A DNA stretch of 64,000 nt, taken from the NCBI GenBank assembly GCA_041743105.1, contig JBGTNI010000098.1:1848-65847 (forward strand). Direction: 5' to 3'. The notes below the pieces were generated by a model. That model saw nothing but the letters and a program-made list of their open reading frames with translations, did not search any database and was not told the DNA's origin. A program made the translations under genes and the position numbers. Source of the DNA: Mycobacteriales bacterium. GTDB taxonomy: Bacteria > Actinomycetota > Actinomycetes > Mycobacteriales > QHCE01. Shown one piece after another: positions 1 to 9,086 of this stretch; position 1 is the stretch's first letter; each line of letters opens with the position of its first letter.

Positions 1-339
1 TTGCCCGCCGCGGTAAGGCTCGTCGATGTGGTAACGGCGTCTCGCTGCCAGTTGCGCTGTAGGTATCCCGTTGAGCGTGCCGTAGTTGCATTCGCGCAAG
101 CGCGTGTCCGTGCGGATCGGAATTGGGCTGTCGCCGAAGGCGATCTGTGCAGTGTCTACGGCGCGTCCTAAGTCAGAGACGAACACCGCCGCTACGTTGC
201 TGGTACGACGCCGTTTGCCGAGTTCGACCGCCAGTCGGCGTCCCCGTGCCGATAGTTCTCCGGGTAGCCAACCCGTCGCTGTGCCGGCTTCGTTGTCGGT
301 AGTCAACGAGTGGGTCTCGTAGATGATCTCGACCGTCAT
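1..339 (-). CDS. histidine phosphatase (phosphoglycerate-mutase-like) family protein, C-terminal part outside window
   Basis: Open frame from ATG at 339 to the window edge (absent from ORF track because no stop lies in the window). Translation MTVEIIYETHSLTTDNEAGTATGWLPGELSARGRRLAVELG..VFVSDLGRAVDTAQIAF..LRECNYG resembles the N-terminal His block, SDLxRAxxTA and LRExxxG blocks of the family. Confidence 0.45.
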   Translation of the reverse strand, partial: MTVEIIYETHSLTTDNEAGTATGWLPGELSARGRRLAVELGKRRRTSNVAAVFVSDLGRAVDTAQIAFGDSPIPIRTDTRLRECNYGTLNGIPTAQLAARRRYHIDEPYRGGQ

Positions 340-488
340 GATGTGCCGTCTTCCCGTGTCTGCTGCCGTCATGATCGCAGACGGTGTTCAGGGCTTGCCG
401 GCGGATGACGTGCGCGTTGAAGTGGAATAACTTCGTGTACATCGGGATCATCGGCTGCCGGCAACTTCGGCCCCGTAGGCTAAAGGCC

Positions 489-1622
489 GTGGCCACCATC
501 GATCCGCGTGAAGAACTCGATTCCCTGAACAAGACGCTAATGTCGATCGAGGCGGTGGCTGATCTCGACGGGCTCCGTGCACAGATCGCCGAACTGAGTA
601 CGGCTGCCGCTGCGCCCGACTTGTGGAACGATGTCGAGCAGGCGCAGCGCATCACGTCACGTTTGTCCTTCGTGCAAGGTGAGCTGAATAGGGTGACGGG
701 ACTGCGAAGCCGGGTCGATGATGTCGGTGTGTTGCTGGAACTCGCCGACGGTGAAGACGATCAGTCGGCTCGGGACGAAGTCGCCGCCGAGCTCGCCGAA
801 CTGCGTAAAGCCGTGGACGAGCTGGAGATCCGAACGTTGCTGTCGGGGGAGTACGACGCGCGCGAAGCGCTCGTCAGCATCCGAGCCGAAGCCGGTGGCG
901 TCGATGCTGCCGACTATGCCGAGATGATGCTGCGGATGTACCTTCGATGGGCCGAACGCAATGGCTACCCCACGGAGGTCTACGACACCTCCTTCGCCGA
1001 GGAAGCTGGGATCAAGTCCGCGACGTTTGCTGTGAAGGCCCCCTACGCTTACGGCACCCTCTCGGTGGAGCAGGGCACGCACCGGCTAGTGCGGATCAGC
1101 CCGTTCGACAACCAGGGGCGACGGCAGACCTCGTTCGCTGGCGTAGAGGTACTGCCGGTAGTGGAGCAGCAGGATCAGGTGGAGATCCCTGAGGTCGACA
1201 TCCGTATCGATGTATTCCGTTCGTCTGGCCCCGGTGGTCAGAGCGTGAACACCACCGACTCCGCGGTGCGGATCACCCATCTGCCGACCGGCATCGTGGT
1301 CTCCTGCCAGAACGAGAAGTCACAGATTCAAAACCGCGCTGCCGCGATGCGGGTGTTGCAGGCGCGATTGCTGGAGCGACAGCGTCGAGAGCGGAAAGCC
1401 GAGATGGATGCGCTGCGTGGCGATACCACCGGTTCATGGGGCAATCAGATGCGTTCCTACGTGCTGCATCCTTACCAGATGGTGAAGGACCTGCGCACCG
1501 GTCACGAAACCGGGAATCCGCAAGCGGTATTCGACGGCGATATCGATGCCTTCATCACCGCGGGCATTCGGTGGCGTAAAGAGCACGAGCAGCAGCTGGC
1601 AGCCGAGCAGTCGGCGTTCTAG
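489..1622 (+). CDS. prfB: peptide chain release factor 2
   Basis: SPF tripeptide ([15 protein letters not shown]) and GGQ motif ([20 protein letters not shown]). Collinear with mycobacterial PrfB. GTG at 489 ([15 protein letters not shown]) fits the family N-terminus better than the ORF-track ATG at 384. Single uninterrupted frame, so no programmed frameshift. Confidence 0.95.
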   Translation: MATIDPREELDSLNKTLMSIEAVADLDGLRAQIAELSTAAAAPDLWNDVEQAQRITSRLSFVQGELNRVTGLRSRVDDVGVLLELADGEDDQSARDEVAAELAELRKAVDELEIRTLLSGEYDAREALVSIRAEAGGVDAADYAEMMLRMYLRWAERNGYPTEVYDTSFAEEAGIKSATFAVKAPYAYGTLSVEQGTHRLVRISPFDNQGRRQTSFAGVEVLPVVEQQDQVEIPEVDIRIDVFRSSGPGGQSVNTTDSAVRITHLPTGIVVSCQNEKSQIQNRAAAMRVLQARLLERQRRERKAEMDALRGDTTGSWGNQMRSYVLHPYQMVKDLRTGHETGNPQAVFDGDIDAFITAGIRWRKEHEQQLAAEQSAF

Positions 1623-1660
1623 CGACGCCACTGATTCGTGTGCGCGAGCGAAAGCTGTGC

Positions 1661-2773
1661 CTAATAACGACCTTCGGTGGCGCGGGTGTGGTAGCCATCG
1701 GGTTTACTAGGCGGCCTGAGGCCGCCACTTCGCGCCACGTGTGGCCGGGTGTTGCATCGTGGTGCGTTATCGCCGGTGTGCTCGCGACTGAACAGCGGAA
1801 CGGCTGGCACTCGCAGCAGTCGTGTGCCGGGCACCGCGGGTTTGGCGTCAGCGGAGTCCAGGCGATTCGCGGCGCGGATTAAGTGCAGCTGGCCGTTGAG
1901 GAACGCGTGCAGGTTGCGCTGTGCCTCACCGCTGGTGGTAGCACGCCGCTGTTGCGAATCGAAAACGTACTTGCGTAGTTGGGATGGCGTTGCGGCCCGC
2001 GGGAGCAGCTCGACATCCTCGTCGTCGCGTGTGGTCGCGACGATCACGTCGGTCAGCTGTTGCGGCGGCGACGAGTAGGTCAGCTCGCTGTCGGCAGCTC
2101 CACCAATATCGCCGTGGGTGGCTCCGACAGCACTGCCGTCACCGAGCACCAGCACAGGGACGTCGGCGATCGCCGGATTGAGTTCTCGCATGCAGGTGAT
2201 CGCCTCACGGGCGTGAATCAGTGTGCCATCCACGATCATGGGAACCCCGTCGGCGCCGCGTCGTGCTTGCCGACCCAATCCGGGGGTGTCCACAAATGCC
2301 ACAGCCGACGGTGCCAGGCCGCGTTTGCACGCCTCCGCGATCAAATAACCGCCCGCGCCATAACCGAGGTAGGTGCGACCGACGCTACCGCGCAAGGCGG
2401 AGCCGAGTGCGGCGTCGAATTCCACCAGGTTGGCGGCGTCGCGATCCACTGGGTCGGCGTGGCTGTGACGGTGGCGTAACAACTCGGCGGTGGAAGGAAC
2501 AGTGCGACCCAGCCATTGCACTAGTGCGGTGCCTTCGGCAAGTCCTGCCGCAAGCGCGCTGGTCTTGGCCGCACAGCTGCGCCACGTTTGCTCATCGGTG
2601 GTAGCAGTGCTGCTCATCGGCTGCACTATCACCGTAGAAGCTCTGCGCAAGTCGCCCCATACGGCGGCGACATGCGTACGGCGCGATGTACCCCAATGCG
2701 TGGGGACCTCAATGGTGATCAAGTGGGGAGAGCGGGCCAGCGGAATACGAGGGAGGTCGAGCACTGTCGCCAC
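1661..2773 (-). CDS. hypothetical protein, possibly degenerate alpha/beta-hydrolase-like
   Basis: Longest ORF in the prfB-ftsE gap. Contains TYLGYGAGGYLIAEA, which resembles a nucleophile elbow with Gly in place of Ser. The C-terminal ~90 aa look like low-complexity read-through. Confidence 0.3.
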   Translation of the reverse strand: MATVLDLPRIPLARSPHLITIEVPTHWGTSRRTHVAAVWGDLRRASTVIVQPMSSTATTDEQTWRSCAAKTSALAAGLAEGTALVQWLGRTVPSTAELLRHRHSHADPVDRDAANLVEFDAALGSALRGSVGRTYLGYGAGGYLIAEACKRGLAPSAVAFVDTPGLGRQARRGADGVPMIVDGTLIHAREAITCMRELNPAIADVPVLVLGDGSAVGATHGDIGGAADSELTYSSPPQQLTDVIVATTRDDEDVELLPRAATPSQLRKYVFDSQQRRATTSGEAQRNLHAFLNGQLHLIRAANRLDSADAKPAVPGTRLLRVPAVPLFSREHTGDNAPRCNTRPHVARSGGLRPPSKPDGYHTRATEGRY

Positions 2774-3010
2774 CGCTGACGCACCCCCTGCGTTTGCTTA
2801 ATCGGTACGGGTTTTCCGATTGCTGGAATCACTGCTCACCACTCTATCCCTATACCGCTCCCCCATGGGGGCAGGTTTGCTCACGTCGCGGCACTGGATG
2901 CGAAGTTTTTGCCCCGCCGGGTTTGGAGCGGGCTGCCTGGCCGAACACACGCGAGCCCCAGACCACCTACGTTCTGCCCGACTGTGGGCAGCAGTCTAGA
3001 ATCAGGGGTC

Positions 3011-3691
3011 GTGATCACCCTGGAGAACGTGAGTAAGCGGTATCCTAAGTCCCGCCGCCCTGCGCTCGATAACGTCAACGTTGGTGTGGACAAAGGGGAG
3101 TTCGTCTTTTTTATCGGGCCTTCGGGCTCTGGTAAGTCGACCTTTATTCGTCTGTTGCTGCGCGAGGACGTGCCGACCTCGGGCAAGGTGAGCGTCGCCG
3201 GCCGCGACCTCGGCACACTACATTCGTGGCGAATTCCGCAGCTGCGGCGCAGTATCGGCTGCGTATTCCAGGATTTCCGGCTACTGCCGAACAAGACCTC
3301 GGCCGAGAATGTCGCCTTCGCTCTGGAGGTGATCGGAAAGACTCGCCCGGTGATCCGGCGAGTCGTGCCAGAAGTTCTCAGCCTGGTCGGGCTAGAAGGC
3401 AAAGAGAACCGCTATCCGTCGGAGCTTTCCGGTGGTGAGCAGCAGCGCGTTGCCATTGCGCGCGCCTTCGTCAATCGGCCGTTGGTGCTTCTGGCTGATG
3501 AACCCACCGGAAACCTTGACCCCGATACGAGCATTGAGATCATGCGGTTGCTGGACCGGATCAACCGCACTGGCACCACCGTGGTGATGGCCACCCACGA
3601 TGCCAACATCGTTAACCAGATGCGCCGCCGGGTCGTCGAGCTCGACCGCGGGCGCGTCATCCGAGACCAGCACCGCGGTGTGTACGGCTAA
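3011..3691 (+). CDS. ftsE: cell division ATP-binding protein FtsE
   Basis: Walker [13 protein letters not shown] signature [14 protein letters not shown], Walker [15 protein letters not shown] at 3011 ([11 protein letters not shown]) aligns with the mycobacterial FtsE start MITLDHVTKQY. Confidence 0.95.
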   Translation: MITLENVSKRYPKSRRPALDNVNVGVDKGEFVFFIGPSGSGKSTFIRLLLREDVPTSGKVSVAGRDLGTLHSWRIPQLRRSIGCVFQDFRLLPNKTSAENVAFALEVIGKTRPVIRRVVPEVLSLVGLEGKENRYPSELSGGEQQRVAIARAFVNRPLVLLADEPTGNLDPDTSIEIMRLLDRINRTGTTVVMATHDANIVNQMRRRVVELDRGRVIRDQHRGVYG

Positions 3692-3764
3692 TCCCACCCT
3701 GCCGTAGCAGTACGTCCGGCGCAGGCAGGCTGACTAATTCAGCTGACTAGATCAGAGGCGCGAC

Positions 3765-4649
3765 ATGCGAGTGAATTTTGTCTTATCCGAGGCGCTAACC
3801 GGCCTGTGGCGCAATGTCACCATGTCGGTGGCGATGATCTTGACGACGGCTATCTCGCTGACGTTGCTCGGCGCCGGTGGGCTGCTCTACGTACAGATTC
3901 AGGAGACCAAGGATGTGCTGCGCGGCAAGGTCGAGGTGATGCTGTTTCTCAACGACGACGTTACCGAACAGCAGCGGGATGCGCTGCAGCAGCGGCTGAC
4001 CAACGACCGCTCGCTAGTGCGTGACGTGAGCTTTGAAACCAAAGAGCAAGCTTATGAACGTTTCCGGGAGTTGTTTAAGAACTCCCCGGACTTTGTGCAG
4101 GGCGTACAGCCAAATGCGCTACCGGCTTCCTTCCGCGTCAAGCTGCTCGACCCCAAGGATTATTCCAACCTGGCCGACAAATATCGCGACGCCGAAGGGG
4201 TATCGCGGGTATCTAGCCAGCAAGAAGTGGTGACGCAGTTGTTCTCGATGGTCGACGCGGTGAAGAACACCACGTTCGCGGTAGCGGTGCTGCAAGGCAT
4301 CGCAGCGTTGCTGCTCATCGGGAACACGATCCAAGTGGCCGCCTATAGCCGCCGGCGCGAAGTCAGCATCATGAAGCTAGTTGGCGCCTCGAACTGGTAT
4401 GTGCGGTTGCCTTTCATTCTGGAAGCCAGCATGGCTGGGCTGATCGGTGCGTTGATCGGCTGGATCGGTCTGATACTGGGCAAGGTCTTCTTGGTAGACG
4501 GGGCGCTCAAGCCCATCTTCAATAGCGGACTGATCCCGGTCATCGAATGGAGCGACATCTTGTGGACTGGCCCGGTGCTGGCTCTAATCGCCATCGCCAT
4601 CTCCGGTGTCACCGGCTGGAGTACGCTGCGGTTCTACGTCAAGGTTTAG
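3765..4649 (+). CDS. ftsX: cell division permease FtsX
   Basis: MRVNFVLSEALTGLWRN N-terminus, large extracytoplasmic loop and C-terminal FtsX TM bundle. Lies directly after ftsE. Confidence 0.9.
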   Translation: MRVNFVLSEALTGLWRNVTMSVAMILTTAISLTLLGAGGLLYVQIQETKDVLRGKVEVMLFLNDDVTEQQRDALQQRLTNDRSLVRDVSFETKEQAYERFRELFKNSPDFVQGVQPNALPASFRVKLLDPKDYSNLADKYRDAEGVSRVSSQQEVVTQLFSMVDAVKNTTFAVAVLQGIAALLLIGNTIQVAAYSRRREVSIMKLVGASNWYVRLPFILEASMAGLIGALIGWIGLILGKVFLVDGALKPIFNSGLIPVIEWSDILWTGPVLALIAIAISGVTGWSTLRFYVKV

Positions 4650-4755
4650 CGCCATGTGCGCACGCGCAATTTATGCCGCAACACACCCTTTAGGTGTTTG
4701 TTCTCGCCTGGAAGGCGCCGTAACTTGACCCTCAAGTAGTGATTGAGGGTTTTGG

Positions 4756-6030
4756 ATGTACGCGTTTTCTACTCGGCTGCGCCGGTATTGGGTAGTAGTC
4801 GTAGGCATTGTCGCGGTGATCTGCGTAGTCGCGGCGTCACCGCTGCATGCCGACCCGTCGCGGGACAAGCGAGAGGTCGACAAAGAGCTGGCGCTGGCGG
4901 AGGCCACGCTGGAAAGCGCTACGGACCGAGCGAAAGAGGCCGGTCGGTCCTTTGCCGAAGTTAACCAGCAGTTACCCGACGCGAAGGACCGGGTCGCTCG
5001 GGCCCACGGCAGTGTAATCGCCGCACAGGTAAAGGTCGGTGAGGCGCAGCGTGCCGCCGACGCCGCGCAGCAAAGTCTCAAGCGAGCGCAGGCGGAATTC
5101 GATCACGCTGAAGCACAGGTGTCCTCCGCCCGTAAACGCCTGGGTGAGTACGCGCGCAGCAGTTATGAAAGCGGATACTTCGTGGCCCCCGCTATGATGT
5201 TGGCAGCTAAGGGTGTCGATCAGATCCTTGCCGCCTCGGAATACGCACAGGCGGTGGCCGCCACTCGGCGCAATGAAGTGCAGCGGATGAAGGTTGTGCT
5301 GGGCCACGCCGCCGAGCAGCGCGCGGATGTGGACGACCGCAAACGTAAGGCGCAAGCAGCTAATGAGCGTGCCCAGGTGAGTCTGGGAGCGGCTCGCGAC
5401 GTTGAGTCCGGAGCCCGGGCTGCCGAACAACGGGTTACGCGGCTCACCGATCAGCGCGCGGACGCGCTGAAGGTCGCTGAGTCCGAACGCGAGGCTAGCC
5501 AGCGCCAGTACGAAGACCTGCAGGCCGAGTCTCGCCGCATCGAGGCGGCGTTGCGAGAGGCGGCCCGCAAGGCCCGTGAGCAGGCCAGACGGGAAGGACG
5601 AGACGCCTTCCCTCCCGAAGTGGCCGGCGGTAAGGGCAACTTCATCATGCCGGTGAAGGGATACATCTCCAGCCACTTCGGGTACCGATTCGATCCGTAC
5701 TATAAACGCAGTCAGCTCCACGCCGGTACCGACTTCGCGGCCCCAGGCGGAACTCCCATCAAGGCTGTGACCGCCGGGCGCGTGGTGCGAGCAGGCTGGG
5801 CCAGCGGTTATGGCAAGTACACATGTATCTACCACGGTGAGATCTCTGGCCGTGGACTTTCCACCTGCGGTGCCCACCAGTCTCAGATCGACGTCAGCGT
5901 CGGTCAGCGGGTGAAACAGGGGCAGATCATCGGCCGGGTCGGTACTACCGGCGCATCGACTGGGAACCATCTGCACTTTGAGGTTCGGCTGGACGGTCGA
6001 CCGGTTAACCCCATGGCGGGCTGGTTGTAA
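4756..6030 (+). CDS. secreted coiled-coil M23 (LytM-type) peptidoglycan metalloendopeptidase
   Basis: Signal-like N-terminus (RLRRYWVVVVGIVAVICVVAASPLHA) and ~250 aa of Ala/Glu/Arg-rich coiled coil. C-terminal M23 domain has intact HAGTD (HxxxD) and GNHLHFEV (HxH). Confidence 0.85.
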   Translation: MYAFSTRLRRYWVVVVGIVAVICVVAASPLHADPSRDKREVDKELALAEATLESATDRAKEAGRSFAEVNQQLPDAKDRVARAHGSVIAAQVKVGEAQRAADAAQQSLKRAQAEFDHAEAQVSSARKRLGEYARSSYESGYFVAPAMMLAAKGVDQILAASEYAQAVAATRRNEVQRMKVVLGHAAEQRADVDDRKRKAQAANERAQVSLGAARDVESGARAAEQRVTRLTDQRADALKVAESEREASQRQYEDLQAESRRIEAALREAARKAREQARREGRDAFPPEVAGGKGNFIMPVKGYISSHFGYRFDPYYKRSQLHAGTDFAAPGGTPIKAVTAGRVVRAGWASGYGKYTCIYHGEISGRGLSTCGAHQSQIDVSVGQRVKQGQIIGRVGTTGASTGNHLHFEVRLDGRPVNPMAGWL

Positions 6031-6070
6031 CCCGTTCTAAGGAAGTGCGACCCTATAGGCTTGCGGTCTT

Positions 6071-7012
6071 GTGACGCTGTTGCCGCTATGCCTTGTACTG
6101 GCATCCGGCTGTTGTCATGCGCTGTGGAACTTCGCGGCCAAGCGTGCTGGGGCCGGCGGTGTGGCATTCGTGTGGTTGTATTCGGCGATCGCGGTGGTGG
6201 TGTATTTGCCTGCCGTGATCTGGCTCGCGGTCACCGGCCGAATCGATCTGGACCCGGCGGCGTACGGGGCGATCGCGGTGGGTTCGCTGGGTCAGTTCGG
6301 CTACTACGTGTTGTTGCAAAAGGCATACGCTGTCGGCGACTTGTCGGTGGTGTACCCGGTAGCACGCGGCACCGGACCGCTGTTGCTGGTCGGCGCGGGA
6401 ATGCTCCTGCTGGGGGAGCGACCAGGCGCGATCGGGCTGCTTGGCGCGGCGGCAGTGATCGCGGGTGTCATCATCGTTGGAACCGGTTCAGTGGTGGGCA
6501 CCGCCTCGAACCGATCATGGGCCTCACCATCAGTTGGTAGCGAGTCTCGTCGATTAGCGTTCGGTGCCGACGTGGGTTTCGGCCTTGCCGCCGGGATGCT
6601 GATCGCCGCCTGTAATCTATGGGACGCTCGCACCGTGGCGGTGCTGGCGGTGTCGCCGGTGCTTTTGGAGTGGGTGTTCAACGCCAGCAGGGTTGTCGTG
6701 TTGGGTCCTGCGGTGTTGGGGCGCAGAGTACTGGGTTTTCGAACACCACAGCGCCGTAGCGCGTTAGTGCGGTTGTGGCGGGAGCATCGCTATCACGCGC
6801 TGGCGGTGGGTGTGTTGATGCCGCTGTCGTACATTTTGGCGCTGTGGGCCTTCACGCTGGCCCCGATCAGTCTGGCCGCCCCGGTGCGGGAGGTCAGTAT
6901 TGTGGTTGCCTGCCTGTTGGGGTGGTGGCTGCTGGCCGAATCGCAGCCCGCCCGGCGCCTGCTGGGTGCGGTAGTGGTGTTGGCGGGAGTATTCGCGCTT
7001 GCGCTGGCATAA
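6071..7012 (+). CDS. EamA/DMT-family membrane transporter
   Basis: About 10 hydrophobic segments in two EamA-like halves ([17 protein letters not shown] .. [13 protein letters not shown] .. [18 protein letters not shown]). Confidence 0.6.
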   Translation: MTLLPLCLVLASGCCHALWNFAAKRAGAGGVAFVWLYSAIAVVVYLPAVIWLAVTGRIDLDPAAYGAIAVGSLGQFGYYVLLQKAYAVGDLSVVYPVARGTGPLLLVGAGMLLLGERPGAIGLLGAAAVIAGVIIVGTGSVVGTASNRSWASPSVGSESRRLAFGADVGFGLAAGMLIAACNLWDARTVAVLAVSPVLLEWVFNASRVVVLGPAVLGRRVLGFRTPQRRSALVRLWREHRYHALAVGVLMPLSYILALWAFTLAPISLAAPVREVSIVVACLLGWWLLAESQPARRLLGAVVVLAGVFALALA

Positions 7013-7044
7013 CGGCCGTTCTTAATGACGAAGAAGGAAGTGCG

Positions 7045-7521
7045 ATGCCGAAAGAGACCGGACGTAAGGTCATCTCGACGCACCGTAGGGCTCGGCACGA
7101 CTACAGCATCTTGGAGACCTTTGAAGCGGGCATGATGCTTACAGGTACCGAGGTGAAGTCGCTGCGGGCCGGTAGAGCTTCCCTAGTAGATGGGTTCGCC
7201 CTCATCAGCGATGGCGAGATTTTTCTGCATGGCGTGCATATTCCCGAATACACCGAAGGCACGTGGACCAACCACGAGCCGCGTCGGGTGCGCAAGTTGC
7301 TGCTGCACCGTGGCGAGATCGACCGCCTCATCGGAAAGACCCGCGAGAGTGGCCTGACCTTGGTGCCGTTGCAGCTGTACTTCTCCGACGGTCGCGCCAA
7401 GGTAGAAATCGCGCTGGCTCGTGGTAAACGTGAGTACGACAAGCGACAGGCGTTGGCGAAGCGAGACGCCGATCGCGAGATCACCCGCGCGCTCGGGCGC
7501 AGAACCAAAGGCTGGGAGTAG
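7045..7521 (+). CDS. smpB: SsrA-binding protein SmpB
   Basis: [41 protein letters not shown]... is collinear with SmpB. GAAGGAAG Shine-Dalgarno lies upstream of the ATG at 7045. The ORF-track start at 6775 overlaps the preceding gene and is rejected. Confidence 0.95.
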   Translation: MPKETGRKVISTHRRARHDYSILETFEAGMMLTGTEVKSLRAGRASLVDGFALISDGEIFLHGVHIPEYTEGTWTNHEPRRVRKLLLHRGEIDRLIGKTRESGLTLVPLQLYFSDGRAKVEIALARGKREYDKRQALAKRDADREITRALGRRTKGWE

Positions 7522-7577
7522 CTTCTGCCCTCCCGTGCAGTGGTGCTTTGGTACCCACAGTGGCAGTGCCTGAATTG

Positions 7578-8945
7578 CTAGTTAGCGCCGCGGGACATGG
7601 CCAGCATGGTGGCGCGATCGAAGACTTTCATCCGTTCACGGCCCTGCGCGCGTCCCAGCTCCATCTCGTGATTGTCCAGCCGTGACCATGCGTCCCACGT
7701 CACGTACGGCACGCCTCGTTGCTCAAGCAGTGCCGTTACGCTCTCGGGGTCGGGCACGGTGGGTTCGGGTAGGTGCGGCAGATCCGCAAGTAGGCTTGCC
7801 ACCGTGGCCGCGGCGTCGGCCTTATTGGTTCCGATCACGCCAGTGGGTCCGCGTTTGATCCAACCCGCCACGTATATGCCTGGTATTACCGTGCCGTTGG
7901 TCCCGACGACGCGCCCGTCGGCGTGTGGCACGACTCCGATGGCCGAGTCGAACGGCAACATGTGTGGCGCCGCGCCGCGATAGCCAATGGCGTGCACCAC
8001 CGCTTGCACAGGTGTGGTTGTGATCGCAAGGTTCGGCGAGTTGTTTCTCGGGACCGCGGTCCGCAGCCCCGTTACGTGACTGCCGCCGGTGATCTCCACC
8101 GGCGTGTGGAAGAAGTGGAAGTGGATACGGTGCGCGGCCGCTGCCGCTGGACGGTTAGCCCACTCCCGCAGGATCGCCACATTGGTACGGACCCGTCGCT
8201 CCAGCGAAGCGCACGCTTGCTCGGTGGCCGTGGCAAGGTCTTCGGGCGCCACGATCACGGCGACGTCGGGGAGCTTCCCCAGCTCCCGCAGCTCCAGCGA
8301 TGTGAACTTGGCATCGGTCGGGCCGCGCCGGGCGAACACGTGAACGTCGGCGGCCCTGCCGGCACGCGCCACATCCAGCACGTGCTGCGGAACGTCGGTG
8401 ACTGCCAGATCGTCGGGGTCGATCACCAACATCCGGGCGATGTCCAGCGCGACGTTTCCGGCCCCAACTACGCCGACCTCTCGGGCGGTGAACGCGTGCG
8501 GGGTCTGCACCGGCCGGTCTGGATCGGCTCTGTCTGGACGGGCACTGTCGGGGTGAGCGTTGTACCAGGAGACCACGTCGGCGGCGGTCTCACTTTCCGG
8601 TAGATCCGCACCGTCGATCGTGAGCCGGTTGCTGTGCGGGGCGCCAGTGGCGAATACAACAGCGTCATAGTGCTGTCGCAGGTCAGCGAGCAGTAGATCG
8701 GTGCCGTAGGCCACATTGCCCAAAAACCGCACACCCGGCGTGGTAAGTATCCGACTCATTGCAGCGGTGATGGACTTTATCTTCGGATGATCGGGTGCAA
8801 CCCCGTAGCGGAGCAGCCCATAGGGCGCAGGTAGCTGCTCGATGACGTCCACGATCACCAGCAGGGCGGAGGTGGCCAGGGCCGCTGCAGCGTACAGTCC
8901 AGCCGGACCAGCGCCGACGATCGCCACCCGGGCAGGCCGGTTCAC
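7578..8945 (-). CDS. fprA: NADPH-ferredoxin reductase FprA-like (adrenodoxin-reductase type)
   Basis: VAIVGAGPAGLYAA FAD fold, GVAPDHPKIK, GAGNVALDIARML, TSLELRELG and WIKRGPTGVIGTNK blocks as in mycobacterial FprA. GTG at 8945 gives the family-typical short N-terminus; the ORF is open up to 9050. Confidence 0.85.
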   Translation of the reverse strand: MNRPARVAIVGAGPAGLYAAAALATSALLVIVDVIEQLPAPYGLLRYGVAPDHPKIKSITAAMSRILTTPGVRFLGNVAYGTDLLLADLRQHYDAVVFATGAPHSNRLTIDGADLPESETAADVVSWYNAHPDSARPDRADPDRPVQTPHAFTAREVGVVGAGNVALDIARMLVIDPDDLAVTDVPQHVLDVARAGRAADVHVFARRGPTDAKFTSLELRELGKLPDVAVIVAPEDLATATEQACASLERRVRTNVAILREWANRPAAAAAHRIHFHFFHTPVEITGGSHVTGLRTAVPRNNSPNLAITTTPVQAVVHAIGYRGAAPHMLPFDSAIGVVPHADGRVVGTNGTVIPGIYVAGWIKRGPTGVIGTNKADAAATVASLLADLPHLPEPTVPDPESVTALLEQRGVPYVTWDAWSRLDNHEMELGRAQGRERMKVFDRATMLAMSRGAN

Positions 8946-9086
8946 GCCCAGACTCCTGGACGTGTGACGTGTCTGTCTTGCTGCGGTGGCTATACCGCCA
9001 GCATATGGCGCCTCGGCCCTGGAAGGCCTTAGAGCAAGCCTTAAGGTCACGAGAGTTCAGCGCGAGCACCGTGGCGCGCCGCTAGG

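Noticed and set aside
173-655. 160-aa minus-strand ORF spanning the divergent promoter region
   Set aside because: It overlaps both the phosphatase-like gene start and the prfB 5' end in a different frame. The translation is low-complexity Arg/Ser-rich.
384-1622. Possible programmed +1 frameshift site in prfB
   Set aside because: The RF2 homology runs through one uninterrupted frame from the GTG at 489. No in-frame early UGA with a CUU-UGA context is present. This is as expected for actinobacteria.
4650-4755. c-di-AMP (ydaO-type) riboswitch upstream of the cell-wall hydrolase gene
   Set aside because: The leader is only ~106 nt and lacks the pseudo-two-fold ydaO core. Only short local hairpins are present.
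4972-5976. Long antisense ORFs: 4972-5976 (-), 27806-28771 (+), 44376-45407 (+), 56978-57658 (-), 20635-21231 (-), 53920-54282 (-) and many others in the track
   Set aside because: They are mirror-frame shadow ORFs, typical of high-GC DNA. Their translations are Arg/Pro/Gly/Ala-rich with no motifs, and each lies fully inside a gene with clear family signatures on the other strand.
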